From a virus (Duplodnaviria; Caudoviricetes): 64,000 nucleotides of DNA. The position numbers were made by a program, and so were the translations under genes. Location: positions 64,001 through 128,000 of IMG/VR virus record IMGVR_UViG_3300014208_000024. One strand, 5' to 3'. Shown piece by piece: positions 14,330 through 24,126 of the stretch; positions within the stretch are counted from its first letter, which is position 1; every line of letters begins with the position of its first letter. The notes beneath the pieces were generated by a model. That model was not told the DNA's origin. It was given only the letters and a program-made list of their open reading frames with translations, and did not search any database.

Positions 14330-14692
14330 ATGAAATCAAATTTATTTAAAGACATATTAAAAACAAAAACTGAAGGAAATGGAATGAAATTCTCTCAAGG
14401 AAGAGTTTATCTATTTGTTTTTGTTGTATGTTACATAGCTTCCTTGGCCTATTTTATGTTTTTTCCAAACAAAGACTCTATGTCAGAAACAACTGATGCA
14501 ATTCAATGGGCAATTTTATTATTTGCCACATATGTTTTTGGAGGAAAAGGTGTAACGGCTACAAAAGATATATTTTCTACAATAAAAGGAAAAACTACAA
14601 ATGGAACACAAACAACACAAACCTCATCAACAAGTACTACTACAACTGGAAATATACCCCCTGGTAAAAAAGAAGAAGATATGTGTACATAG
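14330..14692 (+). CDS. two-TM membrane protein, holin-like
   Basis: SQGRVYLF..TM1, TM2 ending YVFGGKG, Thr-rich tail; TATTTATA at 14312. Confidence 0.55.
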   Translation: MKSNLFKDILKTKTEGNGMKFSQGRVYLFVFVVCYIASLAYFMFFPNKDSMSETTDAIQWAILLFATYVFGGKGVTATKDIFSTIKGKTTNGTQTTQTSSTSTTTTGNIPPGKKEEDMCT

Positions 14693-14738
14693 ATCTATTT
14701 TAATTTGTGCCAATATATAATATTTGTCTTAATAAAAA

Positions 14739-15512
14739 CTATTCAACAAACTTAAACATATATCCCTTTGCCTTTTTTTGACGGTTATGTAACTGTGATT
14801 GAATTATTCCTTTACCAATATTCAATTGTCTTGCTGCTTCGGATATTGATTTATATATAATTCCATTGTTTAAACAAATTATTTTTTTGCTATTTTTTTT
14901 AGAATTTCTCATGTTTTCAATAACATTTTTATCTTTGAATTTTTCACGACAAATGTTTTTCATGAGCTCTATTGTTTCTTTAGAGTGATGCTTTCCAAAA
15001 AACGAATTTTCTTTTCCTTTATTAGTTTCCTTCCTGTCTATTGACCATTTCTTTTTTTGCTCCTCAGAGTGGCGCTTCCCAAAAAAAGGATTATTTTCAC
15101 CTTTCAAATTTCTTTCAATTGCTTTTTTGGATATTTTAAACTTAACCTCATCGTTAAAATAACTTTGTTCTCCACCAGTTGTTAAATTATAACCAAATTC
15201 TCTGTTATTACTTTTAAATAATTTAATAAAATATGATTCTTTCTCCTTTAATTTTTTAATAAATTCGCTCTCAAATAAAATAAACCAATTAAAACACTCT
15301 TTGTCATACTTCATTAATGCACTATGAAAATAATTTTTAGATTCATTTTTCCATTTCGATATATGATAATGAGACTGTATTCTTTTACCTAATGTTGTCT
15401 GAGTATATCCAATATAAACTTTCTTATTGACAACATTAAATGCGCAATATACACAATTTCCTTTATTTTTGTTCGCCAAACTTATGTTTTTTAAATATTC
15501 ATTTATATCCAT
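14739..15512 (-). CDS. GIY-YIG homing endonuclease with NUMOD3/NUMOD1
   Basis: CVYCAF..KVYIGYT, GYNLTTGGE, NPFFGKRHSEE, IYKSISEAARQL. Confidence 0.85.
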   Translation of the reverse strand: MDINEYLKNISLANKNKGNCVYCAFNVVNKKVYIGYTQTTLGKRIQSHYHISKWKNESKNYFHSALMKYDKECFNWFILFESEFIKKLKEKESYFIKLFKSNNREFGYNLTTGGEQSYFNDEVKFKISKKAIERNLKGENNPFFGKRHSEEQKKKWSIDRKETNKGKENSFFGKHHSKETIELMKNICREKFKDKNVIENMRNSKKNSKKIICLNNGIIYKSISEAARQLNIGKGIIQSQLHNRQKKAKGYMFKFVE

Positions 15513-15552
15513 GATTAATGTTTACAAATAAATAGTCAGATAAACCGCATTC

Positions 15553-15960
15553 TTACAATTTTCTTAAAAAAACTTTTGGCAAGTACACATTTTCTAAAAA
15601 AACAGCATTTTTAAACAGTGGGGCAATTTGCTTTGGTTTATATCCAGCTAGTCCAGTCCCTATTGGTGTGACTAAAAAAGTTAATTGTGTATTTGTTTTT
15701 GCAAACTCAACAAATTCATCAACATAAGGTTTAATTTCATTAATTGTTAAAACCCTTCTTATTGAAGCATCTTTTGTTGGAATTCCATAAGTTTTTCCTT
15801 GTAACCCAGCTGCTTGTCCCCACTTTGCACCCCAACCCAGTGCTGTTTTTGCCGCACCCTTACCGTGCCGTCCGCTCAAATTTGATCCAAAAACAAAGAC
15901 TTCATTGTCTTTTAGTTTAGAAATATTATCTGGAGTTATTCTTTCTATATTATTCTTCAT
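15553..15960 (-). CDS. conserved phage protein (A1S_2505-like)
   Basis: EVFVFGSNLSGRHGKGAA, GLQGKTYGIPT, FLVTPIGTGLAG. Confidence 0.65.
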   Translation of the reverse strand: MKNNIERITPDNISKLKDNEVFVFGSNLSGRHGKGAAKTALGWGAKWGQAAGLQGKTYGIPTKDASIRRVLTINEIKPYVDEFVEFAKTNTQLTFLVTPIGTGLAGYKPKQIAPLFKNAVFLENVYLPKVFLRKL

Positions 15961-16744
15961 CTCTTTCAGCTTTTATTTCATAAACCTCTCCAATATCAAG
16001 TAATTTAAATTTTGTAAAATTATACAGTTGAAACTTGCTTTGATGGAAGTGGGCGTAAATCCACCATTTAATTACGTTTATTTCATCCAGTTTTTTATAA
16101 ATCTTTCCAACTAATTCTCTTTCAGCAATAAGTTCTTCTTTAAGTTCTGGGTCACACTCAATCCACTTAAAAACAGTTCCCCCTAAAACTGGAGGGTATA
16201 CAAAATCTGGTGCCGTGTGAGTTACAACAATATCTATTCCAGCTATTGTTTTTAATTTTTCTTCGTCATAAATTACTTTTTCTGCACCTGGCCACCAATC
16301 TATTCCCTCTTTTCTTCCAGGGTAATTGTGTCCCCTATAGTCCTTAAAATTGTGATTCGGTTTTCTATCAACACATGTAGCGCCTCCTATTCCTAAAACA
16401 GCACGTTCTCCTATTTCAACAATATCATAATCTTGCATAAATACAATGTTTGTAAAATTATGGTTTCCATCAAAGAAAATAGGGTTGTCATGATTCCCTC
16501 TTACAACATAAAGGAAAATTTTTCTTTTCTTTAAAAAAATATTAATTTCTTCTAACCTTCTCTTTTCTTTTTCTGGCTGTCTTGGATCATTATATCTAAA
16601 ACCAACACCCAAATCACCAGCTTGAAACAATATCATATTTTCTAAATTGTAATATTTCACTTTTTCTCTTATAACATCAAATTCTCCGTGTATATCACCG
16701 ATCACTCCAATGGCAAGATTTTTATGTTGTCTGATTACATTCAT
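15950..16744 (-). CDS. calcineurin-like metallophosphoesterase
   Basis: GDIHG, GDLG, RGNHD, THTAP, AHFH motifs. Confidence 0.88.
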   Translation of the reverse strand: MNVIRQHKNLAIGVIGDIHGEFDVIREKVKYYNLENMILFQAGDLGVGFRYNDPRQPEKEKRRLEEINIFLKKRKIFLYVVRGNHDNPIFFDGNHNFTNIVFMQDYDIVEIGERAVLGIGGATCVDRKPNHNFKDYRGHNYPGRKEGIDWWPGAEKVIYDEEKLKTIAGIDIVVTHTAPDFVYPPVLGGTVFKWIECDPELKEELIAERELVGKIYKKLDEINVIKWWIYAHFHQSKFQLYNFTKFKLLDIGEVYEIKAERDEE

Positions 16745-16843
16745 ACTTATTATACGTTTTTTTTTGTTTTTTTGTTACACATTTATTATAAATATCAAAA
16801 ACTATGGAAAAGAAGAAGTAGATGAGTAACTTTTATAAAAAAA

Positions 16844-17191
16844 CTATAAACAATTTTTCAAATCCAAAGTAGAATGTTTCTTTAAAAAATCAATGGAGTC
16901 TTCTATTTTTTTACAGTTTGATTTAAAATTGGAAACATCTTCTTGAGATAGCAAAAACCATTCTCCTAATAAATTTTCAAAGTCTTCTGGGATATATTTT
17001 TTGTGTTTTAAACTTCGATGTATTATAGTTTCTATTTTTTGATATTTTTCACTTTCATATCCATCTATAATAATTAATTTTAAAGGATTTCCAGTCTGTA
17101 GAGACTTTAATCTTTCATTTATTGTATTTTTAGTTATTCCAACTTTATACAAGTCTGTTTTTTCTATATTTATTAAATATACAAATCCCAT
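16844..17191 (-). CDS. GIY-YIG nuclease, T5orf172/MUG113-like
   Basis: GFVYLI..YKVGIT..RLKSLQTGNP..GEWF. Confidence 0.8.
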   Translation of the reverse strand: MGFVYLINIEKTDLYKVGITKNTINERLKSLQTGNPLKLIIIDGYESEKYQKIETIIHRSLKHKKYIPEDFENLLGEWFLLSQEDVSNFKSNCKKIEDSIDFLKKHSTLDLKNCL

Positions 17192-17259
17192 GTAAAAAAT
17201 ATAAACATAATATTTTAATAAATCAAATTTTTATCTATTTATATGAAAACCGTAAAACT

Positions 17260-17634
17260 ATGGACTTAAAGAAATATGTCAATGAAGAAGTGTCTAAATT
17301 GCACAAACAAGTTATGCTGGAATCTGAATTAAAAAAAGTTAATGAAGATTTAAATCTTTTAAAAGAAGGAGAAGAAGGCGGAGAAAAAACATACGAAAGT
17401 AATGTTTATGAATCTTATAAAAAAGATCTAGAAGAAGTAGTTAGAAATCTGGCGGATGCTTGTAACAAACTAGAATCGGCTACTTTAAAACAAGATCAGC
17501 ATATGAAAAACATTCCAGAAGTTGCCGAAAGAAAAAGTTCTGGCAGTGCTTCAAAACAAGTTATATTAGACATCTTTAAAGAAGTTAAAAAAGCAAAAAT
17601 CGCTGCAGAAAGAAAATTATACGAAATGAGATAA
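17260..17634 (+). CDS. coiled-coil hypothetical protein, probably late
   Basis: TATTTATA at 17236-17243. Confidence 0.65.
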   Translation: MDLKKYVNEEVSKLHKQVMLESELKKVNEDLNLLKEGEEGGEKTYESNVYESYKKDLEEVVRNLADACNKLESATLKQDQHMKNIPEVAERKSSGSASKQVILDIFKEVKKAKIAAERKLYEMR

Positions 17635-17649
17635 ATGGGAGACATTAAA

Positions 17650-17682
17650 TAAAAAAGGGGGTTTTTGCCCCCTTTTTTTATT
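17650..17682. terminator. bidirectional terminator
   Basis: AAAAAGGGGG-TTTTTG-CCCCTTTTTTT. Confidence 0.7.
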
Positions 17683-17702
17683 CTTCATTATTGATTTGTA
17701 AA

Positions 17703-17939
17703 TTAGACCATAAATGGATATAGTTCATCATCCACTCTAATGTCAACTAATCCTTGATCAATTTTTTCTGGGGTTGTATAGAGATTGATTGTTTGATAAT
17801 CTATGTTCTCTTTTTCTAAAAAACATTTTAATAGATATGCTATTTTTTGCCTTGTTTCATTGTCGTTTGGTTCAGCAATAAAAGCGTTGAGAATTTTTAT
17901 AATCTCTTCATTTACTTTTGTTTTGTGTCTTATGTCCAT
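17703..17939 (-). CDS. hypothetical protein
   Basis: 78 aa ORF. Confidence 0.55.
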   Translation of the reverse strand: MDIRHKTKVNEEIIKILNAFIAEPNDNETRQKIAYLLKCFLEKENIDYQTINLYTTPEKIDQGLVDIRVDDELYPFMV

Positions 17940-17977
17940 TTTGTCTTTGTTTTATTTAGTCAAATATAAAAAAAATA

Positions 17978-19162
17978 TTAAAGAAAACAAAATTTATTAT
18001 TAACAAATCTTAATATATTTTCTAAAACAATTCCTGGTGTTTTTTTATATTCCTTTTCCCATGCAACAAAAACATCATATCCTTTATTTTTTAAAAACTC
18101 TATTTTTCTATCATCATTTTTCCATATTTCAATAGCAGTTTTTCCAACAATTTTGTTTTCATAATTTTCACTATATTTTTTTGGGTTACAATGCCAATAA
18201 TCTCCATTAAATTCTACACACATTTTTATATTAGATATAACAAAATCGTATAAATAATGTATTTTGTTTTCACCATCTTCAATGTCAAATTCTTTGTTTA
18301 ATTCAGAAAAATAGCATTTATTTTTCAATTCATCTGGCAATTTTTCATAAATTGACCAAAAAAGTTTTTGAGACATTTTAGACACTCTATTATTGTTAAT
18401 AAAAATTGGATTTTTAATTCCATATATTTTTGTCCAAGTGTTTTCTCTGTTTTTTAAAGTTTCTTTACGATAGGAATTATGTCTCACGCCATATGTTTCA
18501 ATCATGGTGTTTTCCATTTTATCCATAATCAAACTACTTTGAAGTGGGTATAAAACTCCATAATTAGAAAATGTTGTAGCAGTTTTTTGCGCTTTTACAA
18601 CATTAGACTTTGAAACATTATCTACTCCATATGTTAATGCAACCGTTTCTTTTATTTTATTCTTTATAGTCTCATTTTGAAGGGGGGTTTTAAATCCATA
18701 TTTTTCAATATTAGTTTTTTCTATCCTTTCACGCATTTTTTTGTCTTGTAAAATATATTTTGTACCGTATTTTTTAAAATTAGTATCTTCAACTTTTTTC
18801 ATTACTTCTTTATTTTGCAATGGATGCTCAACTCCATATTTTTCCATGCAAGTTTTTTTCCTTTTTTCTTTTATATTTTTCGAGTTATGAGAACACTTTA
18901 AAGAACATCCTGTATTATATCCTTTAGAAAAATCTAAAAAATTCACCTTTTTTATCCCACAATATTTACATTTTTTTATAGAAGTTATATTATTAACAAT
19001 ACAATAAATCCTTTCTGACATTTTTGGATTATATTCATTTAAGAATAATGTATCTTGAATTATTTCTTCTTTTATTTTTTTTTCTCTAGAAAACGAACTC
19101 AAAATAGATTTAATTCCTCTTTTTTTTATTTCTTTTGTTATAAAATCAAACAATTCACTCAT
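17978..19162 (-). CDS. homing-type endonuclease with (EK)YGV repeats and Vsr-like nuclease domain
   Basis: Repeats EKYGVEHPLQ/TYGVDNVSK; YDFVI..CVEFNGDYWH. Confidence 0.75.
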   Translation of the reverse strand: MSELFDFITKEIKKRGIKSILSSFSREKKIKEEIIQDTLFLNEYNPKMSERIYCIVNNITSIKKCKYCGIKKVNFLDFSKGYNTGCSLKCSHNSKNIKEKRKKTCMEKYGVEHPLQNKEVMKKVEDTNFKKYGTKYILQDKKMRERIEKTNIEKYGFKTPLQNETIKNKIKETVALTYGVDNVSKSNVVKAQKTATTFSNYGVLYPLQSSLIMDKMENTMIETYGVRHNSYRKETLKNRENTWTKIYGIKNPIFINNNRVSKMSQKLFWSIYEKLPDELKNKCYFSELNKEFDIEDGENKIHYLYDFVISNIKMCVEFNGDYWHCNPKKYSENYENKIVGKTAIEIWKNDDRKIEFLKNKGYDVFVAWEKEYKKTPGIVLENILRFVNNKFCFL

Positions 19163-19254
19163 ATCAAATAGTATTAAAATTCTATTATAAATATGATAAA
19201 AAAATAAAACCCCAGAAAAATTCCGAGGTTTTATACAAAATTAATAAAAAATTG

Positions 19255-20852
19255 TTAAAACTCAATATAATTCTTTATTGTATCAACAAGTGCATTTTTA
19301 TCTTGTTCAAGAATTTTCATCAAGTCAAATATTTTATCACTCCAACCCGCCAGTGCACATACTTGTGATTCTGGAAATTGCATAGTTCCATACCCATTTA
19401 AATCAAAAGAATATACATAAGGATTACATTTATATCTTTCTTTATACGCTTTAAAATCTGATGTTGGTGCGTGATTTCCAATCCAACCCTGTAGGTCTGA
19501 AAGAATTATTAGCCTTTCATATTTCTTATTAATAGCTCTGAAGATAGAGTGAAAATCTGTTCCACCATCAGTAAATCTGATATTCTTAGCAATAGTCAAA
19601 ACACTATCTGAAGGATTCAAGTTTTGGTATCTTGCATTGCTATCGAAAGTCATAAAATCTGAGTTATTGCTCTTTACTATGATAGCCGAGAACAATCCTC
19701 CTATTTGTGCAGGTTTTCCTTGCATAGAACCAGATACGTCAAGTATAACTAATGTATCTCCTTCAAATATTGGAACGTTAGAACAAGAAATATCAACTGC
19801 ATTGTTTAAAGCTACCATAACTTGTCTAACTTCTTTTGAAGAATTACTAGACATAGCTTCAATTTCTTTCATTGCTGTATCATATCTGAAAGGCAACACC
19901 AATGAATTTTTGATAGCTCTTTCGTTAACAAGCAATCCGCATGCTGTTTTAACTTCACCAGGAGCTTGTTCAATTATGTTTCTCAAGTTTCTTAACAAGT
20001 TGAAGTATGGCATTTTTCCACTATTAAGCATTTCTTTCCATACATCAGCTTTAAGTTGTGCTTTTTCGTTTGCACTTGAAGCTTCTTGCCCAGCTTTTGA
20101 CATTTTTGCTTCAGTGGTTTCGGTGTTTTTCAACATACCTGCCATTAAAGCATCCAATGCTGGTAATTGAACTGTTCCCGTTTTTTGTCTTTTAACAGGA
20201 GACAATATTTCTTTTACTTTTGCAATTTTTGCAGCATTTTTCTTAGAATTCTTGTTCAAACTTTTTAATTTTGCTTCAAGCAAAGAAATGTAATCTTCCT
20301 TTGAAACTTCAACAAAACCATTTTTTTCGGTTGGAACAGGGTGTACAAGATTAACAACGTCAATTAATGTAACTTCCTTGTTTTCCATTTTGTACTTAGC
20401 CAATTGGTAAGCATCAAATTTTCCAAAAGCTTCAGAAAACCCTTTTTGCATTGATTTTGACAAAGATTTGTTTTTTTGACCAAAGTAGTATGCAATAGTT
20501 TCTACCATGTCGTCAGGTCTACGAACAATAGCCTTGTAAAAATTCTTAGCCCATGATTCTCCAGACAATTTCTTTGCAAGTTCTGCAGCCAATACGTGAG
20601 TAATGGAACGCATACCGAATTCTTGTCTTGCATAAACAGCTGCTTTAGCTGCAAACAAAGGATTAACACGATCTAATACACTTTTAAGTCTAGAAAGACC
20701 ATCAGTTGCTTTTTCGTAGAATTTATCTTCAACGAAAGAAGTTAAAAGAATAGACACCAATTCTAACTCTGCTGATTGTTTGTAGCTTCGCCACCAGCTA
20801 AGTTAACAGTTTTGGTAACTGCTTTTGGGGTTGTTTTGCTAAATTTTGACAT
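19255..20852 (-). CDS. Ro60/TROVE-vWA RNA-binding protein, 1-nt frameshift near codon 21
   Basis: NLAGGEA|YKQSAELELVSILLTSF needs a -1 shift at 20784; MRS..H, LAKY, LLRNLRNI, ILDVSGSM, ILSDLQGW motifs. Confidence 0.88.
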
Positions 20853-20899
20853 AGCGTTTTGGTTTTTGGTTAATAATAAAAAAATTAAAAAAAAAGGGA

Positions 20900-21010
20900 A
20901 AGTTTTGAAGAGTGTGATTCTCCCGTTTCCAGGAGAAATAACGTCCACATTTCTGAGGGCATTATTGGAGTCGAACCAATTTTAACCGAAGTAACTCTAT
21001 CAATTACCAC
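20900..21010 (-). ncRNA. YrlA-like Y RNA immediately upstream of Ro60
   Basis: Terminal stem TTGA/TCAA + AGAGT/ACTCT, T arm ATTGG-TTCGACT-CCAAT, loop-closed AATGCCC/GGACGTT, D-like TTCTCC/GGGAGAA hairpin. Confidence 0.7.
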
Positions 21011-21184
21011 TTTATATTTTAAATATTTTTTAAGAACCTTGTTAATCAGTTTCCTGTTTAACATTATAAATATGCACAAAAATATTAAATTCTAAAACAA
21101 AAACCAAGTTTTTTTCAATTTATTTTTAAAAAATCTTATATCTATTTGATTTTCAACTATAAAAAAATTAAAATTTTTCAAAAA

Positions 21185-21700
21185 TTAAATTAAAATATTA
21201 TCTTTTTTTATAGAATATAATAAATCTTCATATAAAACTTCTATAATTTCGAGCAAAGAAAAATCTGATTTAACTTCAACACCCTCTCTTAAAACTTCAT
21301 CTTCATCAACAATTTTTGTATCAATTACAAATTTTAGATTACAAATGCTCTGTGTTTTACCAACTTCATCATAAGAACACATTTCTGTCTGGGTATTTAT
21401 CTTTAAAACCCCATCTGTTGTAACTTCTGCGGTTTTAAATATTCTTATATAATCACATGCTTCCGAAAGCTTGCCTGCACTAAAAAGAGCTCTTCCAACT
21501 TCATATTGTTCGCTACAATATAAATTAATAAACTCTCTAATATCATACAACACATGAACAAAATCCCCAAGCGTTAAACTCTTATCCAATACAATTGGGC
21601 ACCCCAATGAAGATATTAAAAAATCACGCATTGAGTTTTCTCCAATATCTATTTTTTCTCCATCAAAATAAATAGATTTATTCGCTTTTACTTCGAGCAT
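21185..21700 (-). CDS. hypothetical protein
   Basis: 171 aa ORF overlapping the Clp gene end. Confidence 0.65.
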   Translation of the reverse strand: MLEVKANKSIYFDGEKIDIGENSMRDFLISSLGCPIVLDKSLTLGDFVHVLYDIREFINLYCSEQYEVGRALFSAGKLSEACDYIRIFKTAEVTTDGVLKINTQTEMCSYDEVGKTQSICNLKFVIDTKIVDEDEVLREGVEVKSDFSLLEIIEVLYEDLLYSIKKDNILI

Positions 21701-23738
21701 TTTTCTTTGTTTTTTTTAATTCAACATTATTAACAATAGAAATTTTTATTTCATCACCATCAAGAATGAGATTATATTTTTGATTTACTACAACTTGTCC
21801 TTTTAACACAGCCTTTGAAATAAGGTTTCCAATTCTTTCTTGAATAGCTCTTTTAATTGGTCTGGCTCCATATTTTTTATCGTATCCAACCAAAGCTATG
21901 TTTTTAATAACATCTTCAGTTGCTGTTATGTTGTAGTTTTTTTCCTTAATTCTTAATAACATCTCATTCATTTCTATTTTAGTAATAGTTTCTATTTGTT
22001 CTCTTCCGAGAGCATTAAATACTATTTTTTCATCTATTCTATTTAAAAACTCTGGTTTAAATTGTTTTTCCAACTCTTTAAATACAAGTTTTTTATCATT
22101 TTTAAGAGTGTCAGATTGCGCACCAAATCCAAGAGTGTTTTCCTCTAATATGTTTCTTGTTCCAATATTAGATGTCATTATAATAATTGTATTCTTGAAG
22201 TTTACTTCAGATCCAGAAGAATCAGTTAATTTACCTTCATCAAGAACTTGTAAAAAAACGTTAAAAACATCTGGATGTGCTTTCTCAATTTCATCAAACA
22301 AAATAAGAGAATATGGCCTGTTTTTAATTTTTTCTGTTAATTGACCTTTATCTTCATGTCCAATATATCCAGGAGGAGATCCTATAAGTTTTGAAACAGA
22401 ATGCTTTTCTCCATATTCGGACATATCAATTCTTATAAAAGAGTCGTTTGTGTGAAATAAATGAGATGCAAGAAACTTGGCCATTAAAGTCTTTCCAACA
22501 CCAGTGGGGCCTAAGAACAGAAAAGATGCCAATGGTTTAAATGGGTCTTGAAGACCTAATCTTGAACGCTGTATTGCATCTTCAACTTTTTGTACTGCCT
22601 CATCCTGTCCAATAATTTTCTCCTTCAAGTATTCACAAATACTTAATAATTTTTTATTTTCTGAATCGGTTAGTTTATTAACTGGTATTCCAGTGTGAGA
22701 AGATATTATATAAGCAACATCTTCTATTTTTACTTTTATTTTATTTTTTCTAACTTCACTTTGCCACCTTATTTTTTCATCTTCTAATTCGTGAAGTATT
22801 CTTTTTTCTTCATCCCTAAATCTTGCAGCCTCTTCGAAATTTTGATTATTTGAAGCTTCTAATTTCTTTTTGCCAGCTTCTTCGAGTGCCACTTCCATCT
22901 CTTTAAAACTTTCTGGTAGAGATGTGTTTTTAAGCTTCACCCTAGATCCAACTTCATCAAGCAAATCAATTGCTTTATCTGGAAATTTTCTGTATGTTAT
23001 ATATTTGTCTGCATAATTTATACACTCACCAATCATTTCTTTTGAATATTCTACTCCATGATAATCTTCGTATTTGCCTTTGATATTGTTTAATAAAATT
23101 TCAGTTTCTTCTTTGGTTGGTTCATTAATATAAACCTTTTGAAATCTTCTTTCAAAAGCGCCTTCACTTTCAATATGCTTTTTATATTCTTCCAAAGTGG
23201 TTGCTCCTATACATTTCATAACCCCCCTAGATAAAGCTGGTTTTATTATATTTGCAGCATCCATAGAACCAGAAGCACCTCCAGCACCAATAACATTGTG
23301 TATTTCATCAACGAATGTAATAATATCTGGATTTTCTTCTATTTCTTTTATTAAATCTTCCATTCTTTGTTCAAACTCACCTCTGTATTTTGTACCAGAA
23401 ACCATTGAAGTCATATTAATTTCAACTATTCTCTTGTTTAAGAGCCAAACTTCTGTTTCTTTTTTGTGAATTTTAATAGCAAGTCCTTCGACAACAGCAG
23501 TTTTTCCAACTCCTGGTTCACCAACTAAAAGGGGATTGTTTTTTTTTCTTTTATTTAATATTTGGACTATTTCCTCTATTTCTTTTTCTCTTCCAAATAC
23601 TGGATCTAGTTTTGACTCTGCAGCCAATTTTGTTAAATCTCTACCAAAATAATCCAATAAAGGAGTTGAGCTTTTGCTCTTTTTATTTACAGACCCAAGG
23701 TTTTTTTCTTCTCTTTCTGCATCAAAAGTTTTTGACAT
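21678..23738 (-). CDS. clpC: ClpC-like AAA+ chaperone lacking the N-domain
   Basis: GEPGVGKT and GPTGVGKT Walker A motifs, UVR-like NFEEAARFRDEE, RIDMSEY, GARPIKR. Confidence 0.88.
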   Translation of the reverse strand: MSKTFDAEREEKNLGSVNKKSKSSTPLLDYFGRDLTKLAAESKLDPVFGREKEIEEIVQILNKRKKNNPLLVGEPGVGKTAVVEGLAIKIHKKETEVWLLNKRIVEINMTSMVSGTKYRGEFEQRMEDLIKEIEENPDIITFVDEIHNVIGAGGASGSMDAANIIKPALSRGVMKCIGATTLEEYKKHIESEGAFERRFQKVYINEPTKEETEILLNNIKGKYEDYHGVEYSKEMIGECINYADKYITYRKFPDKAIDLLDEVGSRVKLKNTSLPESFKEMEVALEEAGKKKLEASNNQNFEEAARFRDEEKRILHELEDEKIRWQSEVRKNKIKVKIEDVAYIISSHTGIPVNKLTDSENKKLLSICEYLKEKIIGQDEAVQKVEDAIQRSRLGLQDPFKPLASFLFLGPTGVGKTLMAKFLASHLFHTNDSFIRIDMSEYGEKHSVSKLIGSPPGYIGHEDKGQLTEKIKNRPYSLILFDEIEKAHPDVFNVFLQVLDEGKLTDSSGSEVNFKNTIIIMTSNIGTRNILEENTLGFGAQSDTLKNDKKLVFKELEKQFKPEFLNRIDEKIVFNALGREQIETITKIEMNEMLLRIKEKNYNITATEDVIKNIALVGYDKKYGARPIKRAIQERIGNLISKAVLKGQVVVNQKYNLILDGDEIKISIVNNVELKKTKKNARSKSE

Positions 23739-23781
23739 ATATTTTAATTTTTTTTACAAATATAGCACTTTTTATTGTAAA

Positions 23782-23976
23782 TTACAAACTCTTTTGAAGT
23801 TCTTTTTCTTTTAATGGAACAAGCTCTATATAAATTAAAGTTTTAGTTTTATTTTTCTCAATATTAAAAATTTCATACTTATCTATTTTATATACATTTC
23901 TAATTTTATCCCACAAATAATCAAATCCATCAATTTCCACCTCTTTTGTGTGAACTTCTATGACGACTTTTTGCAT
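23782..23976 (-). CDS. hypothetical protein
   Basis: Small ORF; start MQKVV preferred. Confidence 0.55.
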   Translation of the reverse strand: MQKVVIEVHTKEVEIDGFDYLWDKIRNVYKIDKYEIFNIEKNKTKTLIYIELVPLKEKELQKSL

Positions 23977-24126
23977 AGTTTTTAGTATTAATCTCATAAT
24001 AACAAATTTACTTTACTATAAATAAAGAAAAATAATTACTATTAATACGAAAACGAACAAATATTTTTGAATGGCTCCGAAAACAAAGAAGAGAATGTGG
24101 CTGGGGAAAAATATATGATAATGTAA

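Noticed and set aside
24040-24126. Possible plus-strand sORF (MAPKTKKRMWLGKNI)
   Set aside because: No promoter box or motif support; indistinguishable from chance.
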